Notes: generated by a model from the sequence alone, not told the origin. A stretch of DNA of 20,000 bases from Saprolegnia diclina VS20 (GCF_000281045.1 NW_008246114.1:155239-175238); one strand, 5' to 3'; numbered from the stretch's first letter, positions 1-10,380 are shown. Translations and numbers: made by a program.

Positions 1-220
1 TAACGAAATACTTGAACGAGCGCGCATCGTCGCTTGGTGCTAGGCGATAGCTTGGGCGATCCGAATTCAGAAATTTTGCGAAACCTCTCAAGAAGCGTGC
101 GACAACGCATCCACTGTGCGTGATCGTGGGGACGTTGAAAACATACGGATACGTTGGAGGTCGACATCGTCCGGATACACCACCTTGCCCCTCTCTCTCT
201 CTGGGGCGCAATTGAAGAAA

Positions 221-1081
221 ATGGTCGGAAGGGCCAAGACCATCTACAGCAGCCTCCGTAAGGAGCACGTGTCGACGAGTGCGACCATTCGGACCGTCGA
301 CGATCGCTACGACGACCTCACCTTTGTGATCGCAGACAAGGGTATGACGCGCGCCGACTGCGAAGCGCGCTTGGCGCGCTTGGCCAAGATCAAGCAAGCC
401 GTGGGGCCCCGCATGGACGTCTTTCACTTTGCGCCCTCCCAAGCCGACGCAGACGATCTGGCGCTTGTTCTCGAGTCTGACGCGACGCTCGAGACGCTAT
501 CACAAGCCGACGCAGCGCGCCTTCGCAGCCTCGCGGCCCAGCACGGATCGTTTGGCGAGGAGAAGCAGGCCAAAATCGCCGCCGCCACGCGCCTGTGCTA
601 TCGCCTCGACCACGTGGAGCGCGAGTTTGAGATCTGCGAAAGCCTTGGTCTTGGACGCAAGGTGCTGCGGGCCATCAACGAGCAAGAACGTGTCCGGCTC
701 CGCGCGCACTTGGAGTCGCCATGGGCCAAAGTCACCTCGATGGATGACGTTGTCTTTAGCGAAGAAGAAGCCGCCAAGCGCCGGCTGCGCATTCTGCACA
801 AACTCGAGGCCAAGGGAACGACGAGCCGCTGCAAGTGCTGCACGTACCGCAAGCACGCACCACGCTACTCAGCGCGCAAGGACTGCCGCGACGTGACGCG
901 ACTCCGTGTCGGCGATTGGGCGACCGAAGACAATGAGATTGACGACGATGTTGCCGACGCCTTTCTGGACGACGATGTCAAGGATGGCGACGATATGGAC
1001 CGCGAGCAGTGCGACGGCGCAGCAGAATACACGGACATGGGTGATGCAAATGCGCCTGCTGGCTCTGCAACATTAGGGTAG
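221..1081 (+). CDS. Hypothetical protein (286 aa, single exon) with a Cys-rich/basic patch and an acidic C-terminal tail
   Basis: ATG at 221 (aagaaaATGG) is the first ATG in the 116..1081 ORF. Codons are GC3-rich like the other genes here. It contains RCKCCTYRKH...KDCR followed by a D/E-rich tail. No family recognised. Confidence 0.7.
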   Translation: MVGRAKTIYSSLRKEHVSTSATIRTVDDRYDDLTFVIADKGMTRADCEARLARLAKIKQAVGPRMDVFHFAPSQADADDLALVLESDATLETLSQADAARLRSLAAQHGSFGEEKQAKIAAATRLCYRLDHVEREFEICESLGLGRKVLRAINEQERVRLRAHLESPWAKVTSMDDVVFSEEEAAKRRLRILHKLEAKGTTSRCKCCTYRKHAPRYSARKDCRDVTRLRVGDWATEDNEIDDDVADAFLDDDVKDGDDMDREQCDGAAEYTDMGDANAPAGSATLG

Positions 1082-3447
1082 TCCTGTCGTATGTGTAAAC
1101 TAATTTTAAAAAAGTGAGTTTCGCAAGTATCTACACTCGAAAAATAGGGACCTCGGTGGCAAGCGGTGGCGCCAGTGCGATTGTTGTCGTGACCTTGGTT
1201 GATATCGTCGGGCATTGGTCAAACAAGAGGTGCCGGCGCTAGGCCCACACGCTTCACAACAAGCCCAGCACGACATACAAGACATTCTGTCCCACTCCCA
1301 CGCATTCATGGCGCAGAGCTGAACGCGCTCGCGGCCGACATACACATGAGGCCTGCCAAGGCTCAGCGCCAAAAGCGACCTGCCAGTGTGTCTGCAAAGA
1401 CAGTGGCTAGACGCTGTCTGACGACGAGACAGAAAATATCAATAGTCCAGTTGGTGACATGCTATTATGCTTGGATTCACGACAACCAGGCACCACAAGC
1501 AACGGAGTGATGTGTGTTGGTGCGAGGTGTTTTCTGAGACTGCCACGTCATTTTGTTCCGCCAATCAGCATCGAGATGGATTTGACTGCCAATACTAATA
1601 CTCTCGTTGTTTCGTCAGCAAGGACTCGGCGCATGCGTCTACATCGTTCCACTGACAGGCAATTATGCACAGTATGTCTGTCTCGCTCGCTGCATAGTGC
1701 TCGTTTCACATTGTGGCAGTGCGAGAACCACAAGTTGTGGTCCTCGCGCCAGCCGCAATGTGCAAGAAGTGATCACGGTCGCCGAACTTGATGCGTTATA
1801 CAAATGTGTCGCGTGCCTACGTACGGGCTCATAGGCTTATGGGTATTGACCTGCCGGGGGGACTCTGCAGGCACGCTTGCATGTGCGTCACTTCAAGTTC
1901 AACGACTTCAGCGATTCGAGGTTTGTGATCAGCTTGAAGTATATCGGTGCGACGTACCGAATGGTTGCTTCGACCTCCGTATTGTCTACGTAAGGTACTT
2001 CCATCCATGCAGTTATACCGCGTTAGCGCTGGTCCACGCGAAGCTTATCGTTGCAAGTGCTTGTCGTGTCGGACTGAGTGCCGCGGTATCCGTTCGCCAC
2101 GAGCCGATACCTATGGGATATTGTCGTGTAGCTTCGGTGCCCTTATCTCGACGCCGTTCGATTGGTACTAAAGGACCATGAAAAGAAGTGGGCATCAACA
2201 TCGTTGACTCTCGACACGAGTGGCCGCGTTTGCACCTTGTCCCGCTCCTACCTCCGCCGGCCTAGATCAAGTACGACAACCGAGCATACACAACAAAGAA
2301 AGCGTAGATCTACGTGACTATTTTAATACAGTCGACCCACTTCAACAACAACATCGTTGACTCTTGTCTTGTCTTTGATGTGCCACCACCAGATTACGAA
2401 ACGTGACGAGCCACTTTGCATTTTTTGAAAACAAAGTATGAACGTGTGGTGGTACCATGATGGTGATAATGTGGGGCACGTGAAGGCACGACCGAGCACC
2501 TTCCACGACGAACGTGTAGCTCACACTACAGCGCGCTAGTCGCTTTGCCGTGGCACCCCAGATGCAGCCGCCAGGCGTGGGTTTGGGTACGTCCGGTATC
2601 CTCGTCTTCTTGCCGACAGCCAGCCCGTAGAGGCTCGACTGCGTACCAGTCGTATTGCTATGTACAAGAACAACCACAAGGCATCCGCGCCACAGAGGGC
2701 GGTGCATGGGCCACTGTGTATGTGAGCGGGTGCGCATACCAGTGTAGTACCTCGGCACCAGCGCTAAGCTGCCGGAAGAAACCGCTCGACGCAAAGACGC
2801 GCCAAGGCAAGAAGAGAACGTGGGTGACGAGTACTACACCGAGAGCCGATGCACCCACGGCAGTGCTTGTATCGAAACGTAGGAGCGTCCATCCATCCCA
2901 GCGAAGCGCTGAACCGTTGCAGCCTGGCGTCGAGCTCGGAGGGTCTCGTAATGCTTGGGACAAGACCGCCACGTCTACGCCTTCAAGGAGCTGCGAACCG
3001 CGAAACTTGAGGCTTGCAGTTCCTTGACGAGCCACCGTGGCGAGTGGGGAACACGGTGTCCAGCGCCGCAGCGAACGGAATGTGTTGACGCTTCTTCTTG
3101 TTCACCTTTCAATCACCAGAAGCAGAAGCCGTGACCTGCGATGTGGCGCAGTGTGTTGTGTTACATCGGCGGATGCGTCTACACCGCCAAAAGCAACCAG
3201 AAAGGACTACAAACCACGGCTCTTTCTAGTCGCTAGCGCCGGTGGAACGCCACCTTGGCCGCATGGAAGCGACTGCATCTACGTGTATATCTACATGCCG
3301 GGCACTGCAACGACGTACAAGACGTGTCCAAGCACCGACCGCCTGCCTCAGAGACGACACGGGGTGGTTGAACCTGGCTTGCGTGTCACTTGGGGTGACG
3401 GGCCTCTGTATGTCGGCTATAAAAACTAAGAAACGTTAATGGATTTT

Positions 3448-3455
3448 AGCCAATC
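3448..3455 (+). promoter_or_regulatory. CCAAT box upstream of the FYVE-GAF gene
   Basis: AGCCAATC lies about 125 nt upstream of ATG 3574. CCAAT boxes are a known oomycete promoter element; function here is inferred. Confidence 0.4.
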
Positions 3456-3573
3456 GCGTGCCGGCCCGCCCTGGCGTCCCCCATTGCACACGGCGTGGCC
3501 TGTTTCTCATCCGGATACATGTAGCATCTATCCGTATGTTCGCCGCCCGCCGGAACTCCATTTGCACATAGGC

Positions 3574-4886
3574 ATGGCGTGGGCACAGCGCGAGGTCAAC
3601 AACGCGCTCTCGATGAGCGACCTCATGGAGAAGGCCATGTGGGCGCCCGACGACAGCCGCGACGACTGCTACGTGTGCAGCCGCCACTTCAGCAAGTTTC
3701 GGCGAAAGCACCACTGCCGGCTCGTACGTCGTCCTGCCTGCAGCTACCATCTCACATGGCATGCGTCTCGTATTAGTGCGGCGAAGTGGTTTGCGCCAGC
3801 TGCCTCCTCAAGAAGCTGGTCGAAGAGACCACGCGCGTCGGGCTGCGCGAGGTCAAAGTGTGCATGACGTGTCTCTCGACGACCAACGAGCGGCAGACCA
3901 AACCATCGTCGTCGTCGCTCTCGTCGTCGTCGTCCAAGCTCGCGCCCGCTTCGCACAGCGGTGGCGCCATCGAGCCCTATGCCAAGCACGCAATGGACTC
4001 GTCCAAGTCGATGGAGTCGCTGGCCAAGGGCCCGCGCACACCACCGCACACCGAGACGACCATTCACTACGACGACGAGGACGACGACCACCACCATGCA
4101 ACGCAGCACGACGACCATGACCATCTCGACAACTTTCGCTTCACGGTCGAGTACGAGCTCGACTTCAACTGGGTCTACCCGTGGCCGCGGCCGCCGACCT
4201 TGCGCAACGAAGTCGAGCGCCTCGACGCGCTGCGTGCACTGCGCATCCTCGACACACCGCGCGACGACGGCTTTGACAGCGTCTGCGAGCTTGCGACCAA
4301 CGCGCTGCAGTGCCCGATCGGTGTCATTAGCTTCATGGACGACGACCGGCAGTGGTTCAAGGCGTGCATCGGCCTCACCGAGCCGTCGATCCCGCGCGAC
4401 ATAGCGTTTTGCGCCCATACAATTCGTTCACAAGAGGCCATGGTGGTCCCCGATACGACCAAGGACCCGCGCTTTGTCCAAAACCCGCTGGTGACGGGCC
4501 CGACGCACATTCGGTTCTACGCCGGCGCGCCGCTGATTGCGCCGACCTTTGGCCAAGTCATTGGCACCATCTGCGTCATGGACACGGTGCCGCATCCGCG
4601 CTGCGAGGTCGCAACGCTCGAGAAGCTCTCGACGATCGTCATGAAGAAGATTGCGCTCAGCATGCCAGCAGCACCAAGTGCGTCCTTGCGGGCGTCCAGC
4701 GGCTCGACTACCAATCTGCGCGGGTACTCGTCGTCGTCGGTCTCGACGGTTGCGTCGTCGACGTCATCGAGCTACCCGAGTGACCCGTCCTTGGGCAACC
4801 TCGAGTCGATGATGCTGCAGCTGCTCTCGAAAGCCGCCGAGACCCAGCATCAGCTCGCAACGCAAAAGCAACCCGCGCTCTTATAG
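3574..4886 (+). CDS. FYVE zinc finger + GAF domain protein (419 aa; exons 3574-3723 and 3777-4886)
   Basis: Splicing out GTACGT...TATTAG (3724-3776, 53 nt, phase 0) restores a complete FYVE finger: WAPD...CYVC...F.KFRRKHHCRL|CGEVVCASC...KVCMTC. The GAF domain reads EVERLDALRALRILDT...FDSVCELA...RQWFKA...PRDIAFCAHTI...DPRFVQNPLV...IRFYAGAPLI...IGTICVMD. FYVE-GAF fusions are characteristic of oomycetes. Confidence 0.92.
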
Positions 4887-5431
4887 AAGAAAACCTCGTT
4901 CGTGTGTCTAACCTCGTAACTCGTGTCGTCCGTTGCTGTGCTTTTATCTGTAGCGACCAAACATGGTGGAGGCAACCACTTGTACTAGCTCAATGATGCG
5001 TCGTCGTCCGCAAGGAAAATGGTGACGCACGCCGCCTCGACGTCGAGAATCTCTCTCGACTTGGCAAGTGGCGCCAAGCGAGTCGACGACCTCACCGCGT
5101 AGGGACCTTGGCGCACGGATGTCGGCAAATACCTTTTGGCCCGTTGCAGGCGGTGGGATGAGTACCTTTGTTTAACAGTCAAGGGGTCGACCAATGATTT
5201 GATCGAGGCAAAGGTCATTGGACGGTGTCCTGGAGCTGTGTCCCGGTGCAGTCGCAGTCTTCGCTCGCACAGACGTGCCATGAGCCCCAGGAATGCGGTG
5301 ATGGACTTCGAGTTGAATGCAGTGCAATGTACTTATGACAGAGAAAACGCCGGCACAGGGACAAGGTCGCGCCCGAGGTCTGTACATCAAGCTCGAGTCA
5401 AGCCGGCTCTATCATGCAAAACACTTTGTAG

Positions 5432-5758
5432 GGCATGAACCGAGACGGTCTGCTTGCCGTTTTGCGTGGTGCCTTTGCCGACGCTAATCTGGTGTGTAGC
5501 ATGCTGGTATCAACGCTTTTGCAAGCATACTCTTTGTAGGATGCGATGAACAAGGCGTTGGTGCGGGCCGTGATTGCCAAGACAACGATGCGCTGTGCCT
5601 CTTAGAGCTGGGTGCAGACGTGTGGACCGGTACTACGCCACCTTGGTGAGCACTTTACCGAATGGATGGCGTAGGAACATAACCGCATGACGCTCCTCGC
5701 TCTGGCCATCCAGCACGGCCACGACGATGCCATTGTATTCTTCCATTTCTGCTTTTGA
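5432..5758 (+). pseudogene. Degenerate ankyrin-repeat gene fragment
   Basis: Ankyrin-like peptides LCLLELGADVW (~5593-5625) and MTLLALAIQHGHDDAIVF (5687-5740) are separated by intron-like GT...TAG segments. Joining them needs frameshifts, and stop codons intervene. Confidence 0.4.
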
Positions 5759-6603
5759 ATCAATCAATTTTGTATTTTCGCGACCAAGTCTTGCCGCTGT
5801 TGTGGGTCATTTTAGAGAAGCAACAAAAATGGTCGGGAGAGTGATGTTGTACGTGTGGGAGATCCATCGACAACGCTTGTGCAACCGCATGTCCGGCTAG
5901 GGGTAGGGTCAACGCGCAACGTCGGACGTTGCATCGTACGACCTCAATACGACAAAGTTTGCCAACAAGCAGCGACGTCCCTGTTCACGGGCACCCTCGA
6001 TTAGCAGCGTCGGTACAATGTGCTGGATCGCTCTAGAGTGTTTCGAGCTCCGGGGCGTCAAGACGGCGCGTCCAGCCCTGGCGCCGACATTTATTCGGTT
6101 GGCGTCGCTTGACCGAGCTCTACCCGCGCACCGAGCCGTACTCCGAGCTGCCCGATCGCAACGACGTAGAAGAGTTGGTGTGGCTCTACGTTGTCCCACT
6201 GAGGTCCATCCAAAACTTTGTTTCGTTTTTGCGCCCACCGTCCAGCGACACTTGATCGGCTTCCTCGATGAATGGTACAGTCGCATTGCCGAGTCCTCAA
6301 GCTCAAGACGACTGCTTCATGCGAGCGATTGCTCAAGACAAGGTTGCGCGTCCGACGGCAACATCCCGTAGCTCGGTCCCAGGACGCTCGAGTCTAGCCG
6401 TGAGCGTCGATTGTCTGCGTGTGGGAGTGGAGGATCTAACGTGGAAGATCTTCTTGCGGAGCGGCAAGACGCTGCGCACGTACGTCGACAACATGACAGA
6501 CGTCATCGACACGGACCCGGTCGCTGCCATTGGCGCCGGTGCGTCGCTGCGATTATCGCTACAAATCTACACTACCTAACCCTATATATACGCTCGTGTC
6601 CGT

Positions 6604-8589
6604 TTAGAAAATGGCCTTGCTGTCGCCGCCGTCGACGCTTTGGCAGTACGGGATCACGACCTGCGTGATGCACTGGTGGACCGCGTCGAGCTCGGCAATT
6701 TCCCGCGGCGGGTGCGTGCGCTCGGTCTCTGCAAAGATGCCGCAGCAAAACTCGACCTGCTCGAGCATCTCGTAGAGGCGCGCCAATTTGCGGGCTTCGG
6801 TCGCCGACTTGGCCTGCGAGTGCGCTTGTACGTATTTCTGAAAGCTCTGGAGCACCATGCCGACCTTTTGGCCATAAATCTCCTTGAGGGCCGCGTGCTA
6901 GTACGACCACAACATAAACATCGTCATTGACATTGGTAGAGGAGGAAGGGGTGTACCTTGCGCCAGTAGACGTGCTGCGACGGTCGGTCCGAAGCCGCCG
7001 ATGAAAAGCTAGAGTCGGTGCGGGGCGCCGCCGACGATGCATTCGACGGAGCGAGCGACGGCAGCGAGATCTCGGTCGAGAGGAACGTATCACGGAGCGG
7101 TGACAGCGTTGCGTTGACTTCGGTCTGGAGCTTCTTGAGGTGCGGCTCAATCACCGTCGTAATGTACGTATAGACATGCTCGAGCTCCTTGATATCGCGG
7201 GGCGCGTGCGTCGCGGGTGTCTCTTCCAGAACCTGACCGCAGTAGTCGGCGTACTCGAAGAGATGCATGACGTCTTGGATGTGTTCCTACGCATTTTTAT
7301 TCATCAAGATGCACTTGGGGGCGAGAACGACGTACCGGCGACTTGTGCCCACGGTACCGCTGGAGGTACATCTGGAAGAATCGGTAGGCTTCGCCGACGC
7401 TGCCCAAGTACATTTGTTTGAGCTGCGTATGCTGTTGCCAATATGCGTCGAGTCGTCGCTGCCGGTCGTCGCGGAGGTTCGGTGACATGGTCGGATTTTG
7501 GTGCTTGACGGCAAAGAGCTGGTCCGACATCGAGGGCAGCATTTTGCTGCCGCTAACCGATGAGACCGACGAGAGCGACGACGACTGCGTCAGCTTGTGC
7601 ATGTACGGGGTAATGATCTTGTGGATCGACTTGGTGAGCCGGCGCAAGTCGGCGTTCGAGCGCGGTGGATGCGACGACGGCGTTTCCTGCAGCACGTGGA
7701 GGCAAAACTCGACGTAGCCCATGAGGTACTCGATCTTCTGGCGCTGCTCGTTCTGGACGGCGCCCGGCCGGCTCAAATGCTGCTTGAAGGCCGCGTGGAC
7801 TGCGAGGACGTTGGCGAAATGGGCGTCCTTGAGCGCACCATGCTACATCATAGTCGCGTGAGATGGATCGACCTACAAGGCGGTCATGGGCGCAAGACGT
7901 ACCGAGCGCCAGTAGTCCATCTCGTTCTCCGTGTGATACGATGCATATGTGTTCTCGGACGACGTCATACTGCTGCGGTCGTCCATGACCGACGGTGGCG
8001 GGAGGCTAAACTGTGGTCGCTGCCCGAGGTCGCCGTGGCGGCGGCCAGTCCACATGACCTTGACATGGTTGGTCTCGGGCTGCGGCGGCGACCCGAGCGA
8101 GTCCATCGAGTCGCGGCTGAGCATCGAGTCGCGGCCCATCGCGTCGTCGTCCTCGACGCGCTCGGGGAGGTCGTCCGTCGAGAGCTTGGTCACATACGGC
8201 ACGACGATGTGGGAGATGTACTTGCGGACGCGCGCGAGCTCTTCCCACGTCCGAATCGCATGCGTCGCCGCGTCTTCCTCAAGTACTTGCTTGCAGAACG
8301 CGACGTACTCGACGAGGTGCGCGACTTTGCGGCGCTCGTCGAGGTCATGCGACCCGAGGATCTTCCGGAAGGTCGCGTGCACTGCATGCACGTCGTCGAG
8401 GTACGACATCTTGAGCGCGCCATGCTACGGAAGGCAGGTACCATGAGGACCGTCGTCGAGCGAGGAAGCGCATTGAGCTAGTACCTGCTTCCAGTACTCG
8501 GTCGTCGCATGGTCCGAGGACGAGGTCGAGCTCGCATGGCTGCCGGGTCGCCGGGACGGCGTCTGCAGGGGGGGCGGCTGGTACATCAT
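6604..8589 (-). CDS. Hypothetical protein (585 aa) with four tandem copies of a ~90-aa helical domain; exons 8589-8485, 8424-7903, 7842-7336, 7286-6957, 6897-6604
   Basis: Four phase-0 GT-AG introns (8484-8425, 7902-7843, 7335-7287, 6956-6898; 60, 60, 49 and 59 nt) join the separate minus-strand ORFs into one open frame. Each repeat reads YWxxHxxLK...V...F...C...E....HxxR...L...I...P, and the repeats are separated by Ser/Pro/Asp-rich linkers. Confidence 0.88.
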
Positions 8590-8605
8590 GCTCGGTCGGC
8601 CCCGG

Positions 8606-8622
8606 GGAAATTGCTTGAATGC
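8606..8622 (-). promoter_or_regulatory. Oomycete Inr+FPR-like core promoter of the four-repeat gene
   Basis: The minus strand reads GCATTCAAGCAATTTCC, an Inr-like CATTC plus AATTTCC fitting FPR MWTTTNC, 17 nt upstream of ATG 8589. Spacing is about 1 nt longer than the usual consensus. Confidence 0.45.
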
Positions 8623-9840
8623 AAGAGGTCCCACTTGGCCGATCAGGTCTACCCTTCAATTAAATATTTAAATAGGCAATCCACCCCTCGAGTGTCTAGA
8701 CGCACGCCATTTCTGTCCGGATAAGCAAGGCGCCACGCGGTTCGGCATGCCCCTGTCCCACGCCACGCTCAGCGTATTGCACCGACGGGCTGCAAGCGAC
8801 AGAGCAATCCATGGGAAGACGAGCCGCAGGAAACACGCAACGAAGGGAGGTCCTTGGGATGGGCTCTCTCGTGATAACGACGACGAACTGGACGGTGGTA
8901 TCTGGTTGGCGAGTTGCGAGAAGGCTGAGAGTATCCGTGGCATAGCAAGCGCCGAGAACGCGCTTGGTCTGGGAACCGATGCCCTTCTACCAACATGCTG
9001 ATAAGCTTAGTCGCCCGTTGGGGCAAGTACAAGGTTGCAATGGTTGCGTGTATTTCGCTGCTGTGTTTCGTGGTTCGGGCCGTTGGTTTCGATAGGAATA
9101 GCATGGGAGAAGGAGGATGGGCACAGGGTGATGGACCACAGCGGGACGGGGCACGGTGGGCGGTCCACTGGCTACAGTGCAGCGCAGTCCGACGCTCGAG
9201 TAACTTGCGTATTTTCGCGGCGCCACGCACAGGCGCGTCGTATCCGGAATGTGGCGTGTATATAGCCGCTTGCGCTTTGTATGGGCGTTTGGAAAGCGCG
9301 CGGGGTGGAATGGGCTGCATTCCACCAAGAACTTTATTAAACTACATGTAAAAAAATACGGCCATTTTTTCTCGGCCAATTTAAATTCAGCATACAATGC
9401 GAGCGTTCGTTATATCGTCGACGTCACGCTGTAATTAAAATTGTCGCGTGATGCGCTGGGTACTAATACGGTGTGACCAACAACAAATCGCGGGGCTTTT
9501 CTCGGTGGTCGTCGCTGTACTCAGCACCGTCAGAATCGCTTCAACGACTAGAATCACCGTCCGAAACGAGCGATGGACAATGTGTACATGCGATGCGAGC
9601 GCTCGAATTGCCCGACGCCAAGCGCCAAAAAAGGAGGCCGTGCGTAGCGCATGCAATGGGGTGGCGACACGAGGTTCGTGGCCAATCACGTGACGTTTTC
9701 GATGCAGCTGGTTTGGCGTGACTCAGCGCTCATTGGCTAGGATGGGAATCTGGACGGCACCACGTCGACCGCGTCGACGCGCGAGGAAAAAAATGAGCGT
9801 CAACGGCTTGCGCTACACGCCCCTGTCGCGGCGTGGGCCG

Positions 9841-9875
9841 ACCTTCGAGACCTCTGACTCAGAGGTCTCGAAGGT
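9841..9875. repeat. Perfect 35-bp inverted repeat (17-bp arms, 1-nt centre)
   Basis: ACCTTCGAGACCTCTGA-C-TCAGAGGTCTCGAAGGT; the arms are exact reverse complements. It extends to 9836-9880 if two G:T pairs are allowed. Confidence 0.95.
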
Positions 9876-9885
9876 TGGTCTGCAA

Positions 9886-9920
9886 TGTCTCGGAAGTCAG
9901 AGGCTCTGACTTCCGAGACA
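9886..9920. repeat. Second perfect 35-bp inverted repeat (17-bp arms, 1-nt centre)
   Basis: TGTCTCGGAAGTCAGAG-G-CTCTGACTTCCGAGACA. It extends to 9879-9927 (TCTGCA/TGCAGA) past one mismatch. Confidence 0.95.
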
Positions 9921-10380
9921 GTGCAGAAGCAGCTCGCCATACTTGCACACGGCTTCGTGGCTGAATGCGGAGAACCTGCGCGGTGGCATCGTTGAAGAGG
10001 GTTGCAGCGGACGTGGTGGACATTCCAACCAAGATTGGGGCGATGCAAGAAGCTTCGTCATTTGTCGTGTTGACCATACTAATCACAAGCCATTCAAGGG
10101 TTGAATGCGGCTTGTGCCGGTCGTCAAGTGCATGTAAACGCGTAGTATAGTGCACCCAAGACCATCCATAATTGCCACGTGCATGGTATATTCCGATCGT
10201 GCTCCATTCGCCCACCGATACGATCCATCGATCGCTGTCACCTCCCCACTGACTGCAACGTGTAGCGCTCGAGTGCAAGAATAGGCCAGACCAAGCCATT
10301 GAAACAACCAATTCGTTGGCCTTTCTGCTCGACGGGCAAGCTCGGGCCGCCACGATGGCACCGCTTCCATCCGCGCGCTC

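Noticed and set aside
1100..3430. Many short ORFs, including an LRR-like peptide (LITNLESLKSLNLK, minus strand ~1890-1935)
   Set aside because: No consistent frame, splice model or recognisable domain. A single LxxLxxLxL match is expected by chance. It could be decayed coding DNA, but that cannot be supported.
3439..3573. Upstream in-frame ATG extension of the FYVE gene (MDFSQSRAG...)
   Set aside because: It overlaps a CCAAT box and a probable UTR intron and lacks the codon bias of the coding part, so ATG 3574 is preferred. Not fully excluded.
7597..8481. 294-aa plus-strand ORF
   Set aside because: Antisense shadow of the GC3-rich exons of the minus-strand repeat gene, with R/V/H-rich composition and no motifs.
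9841..9920. Palindromes as a CRISPR repeat or rho-independent terminator
   Set aside because: Eukaryotic context, the two units are not direct repeats, and there are no spacers, cas genes or U-tract.
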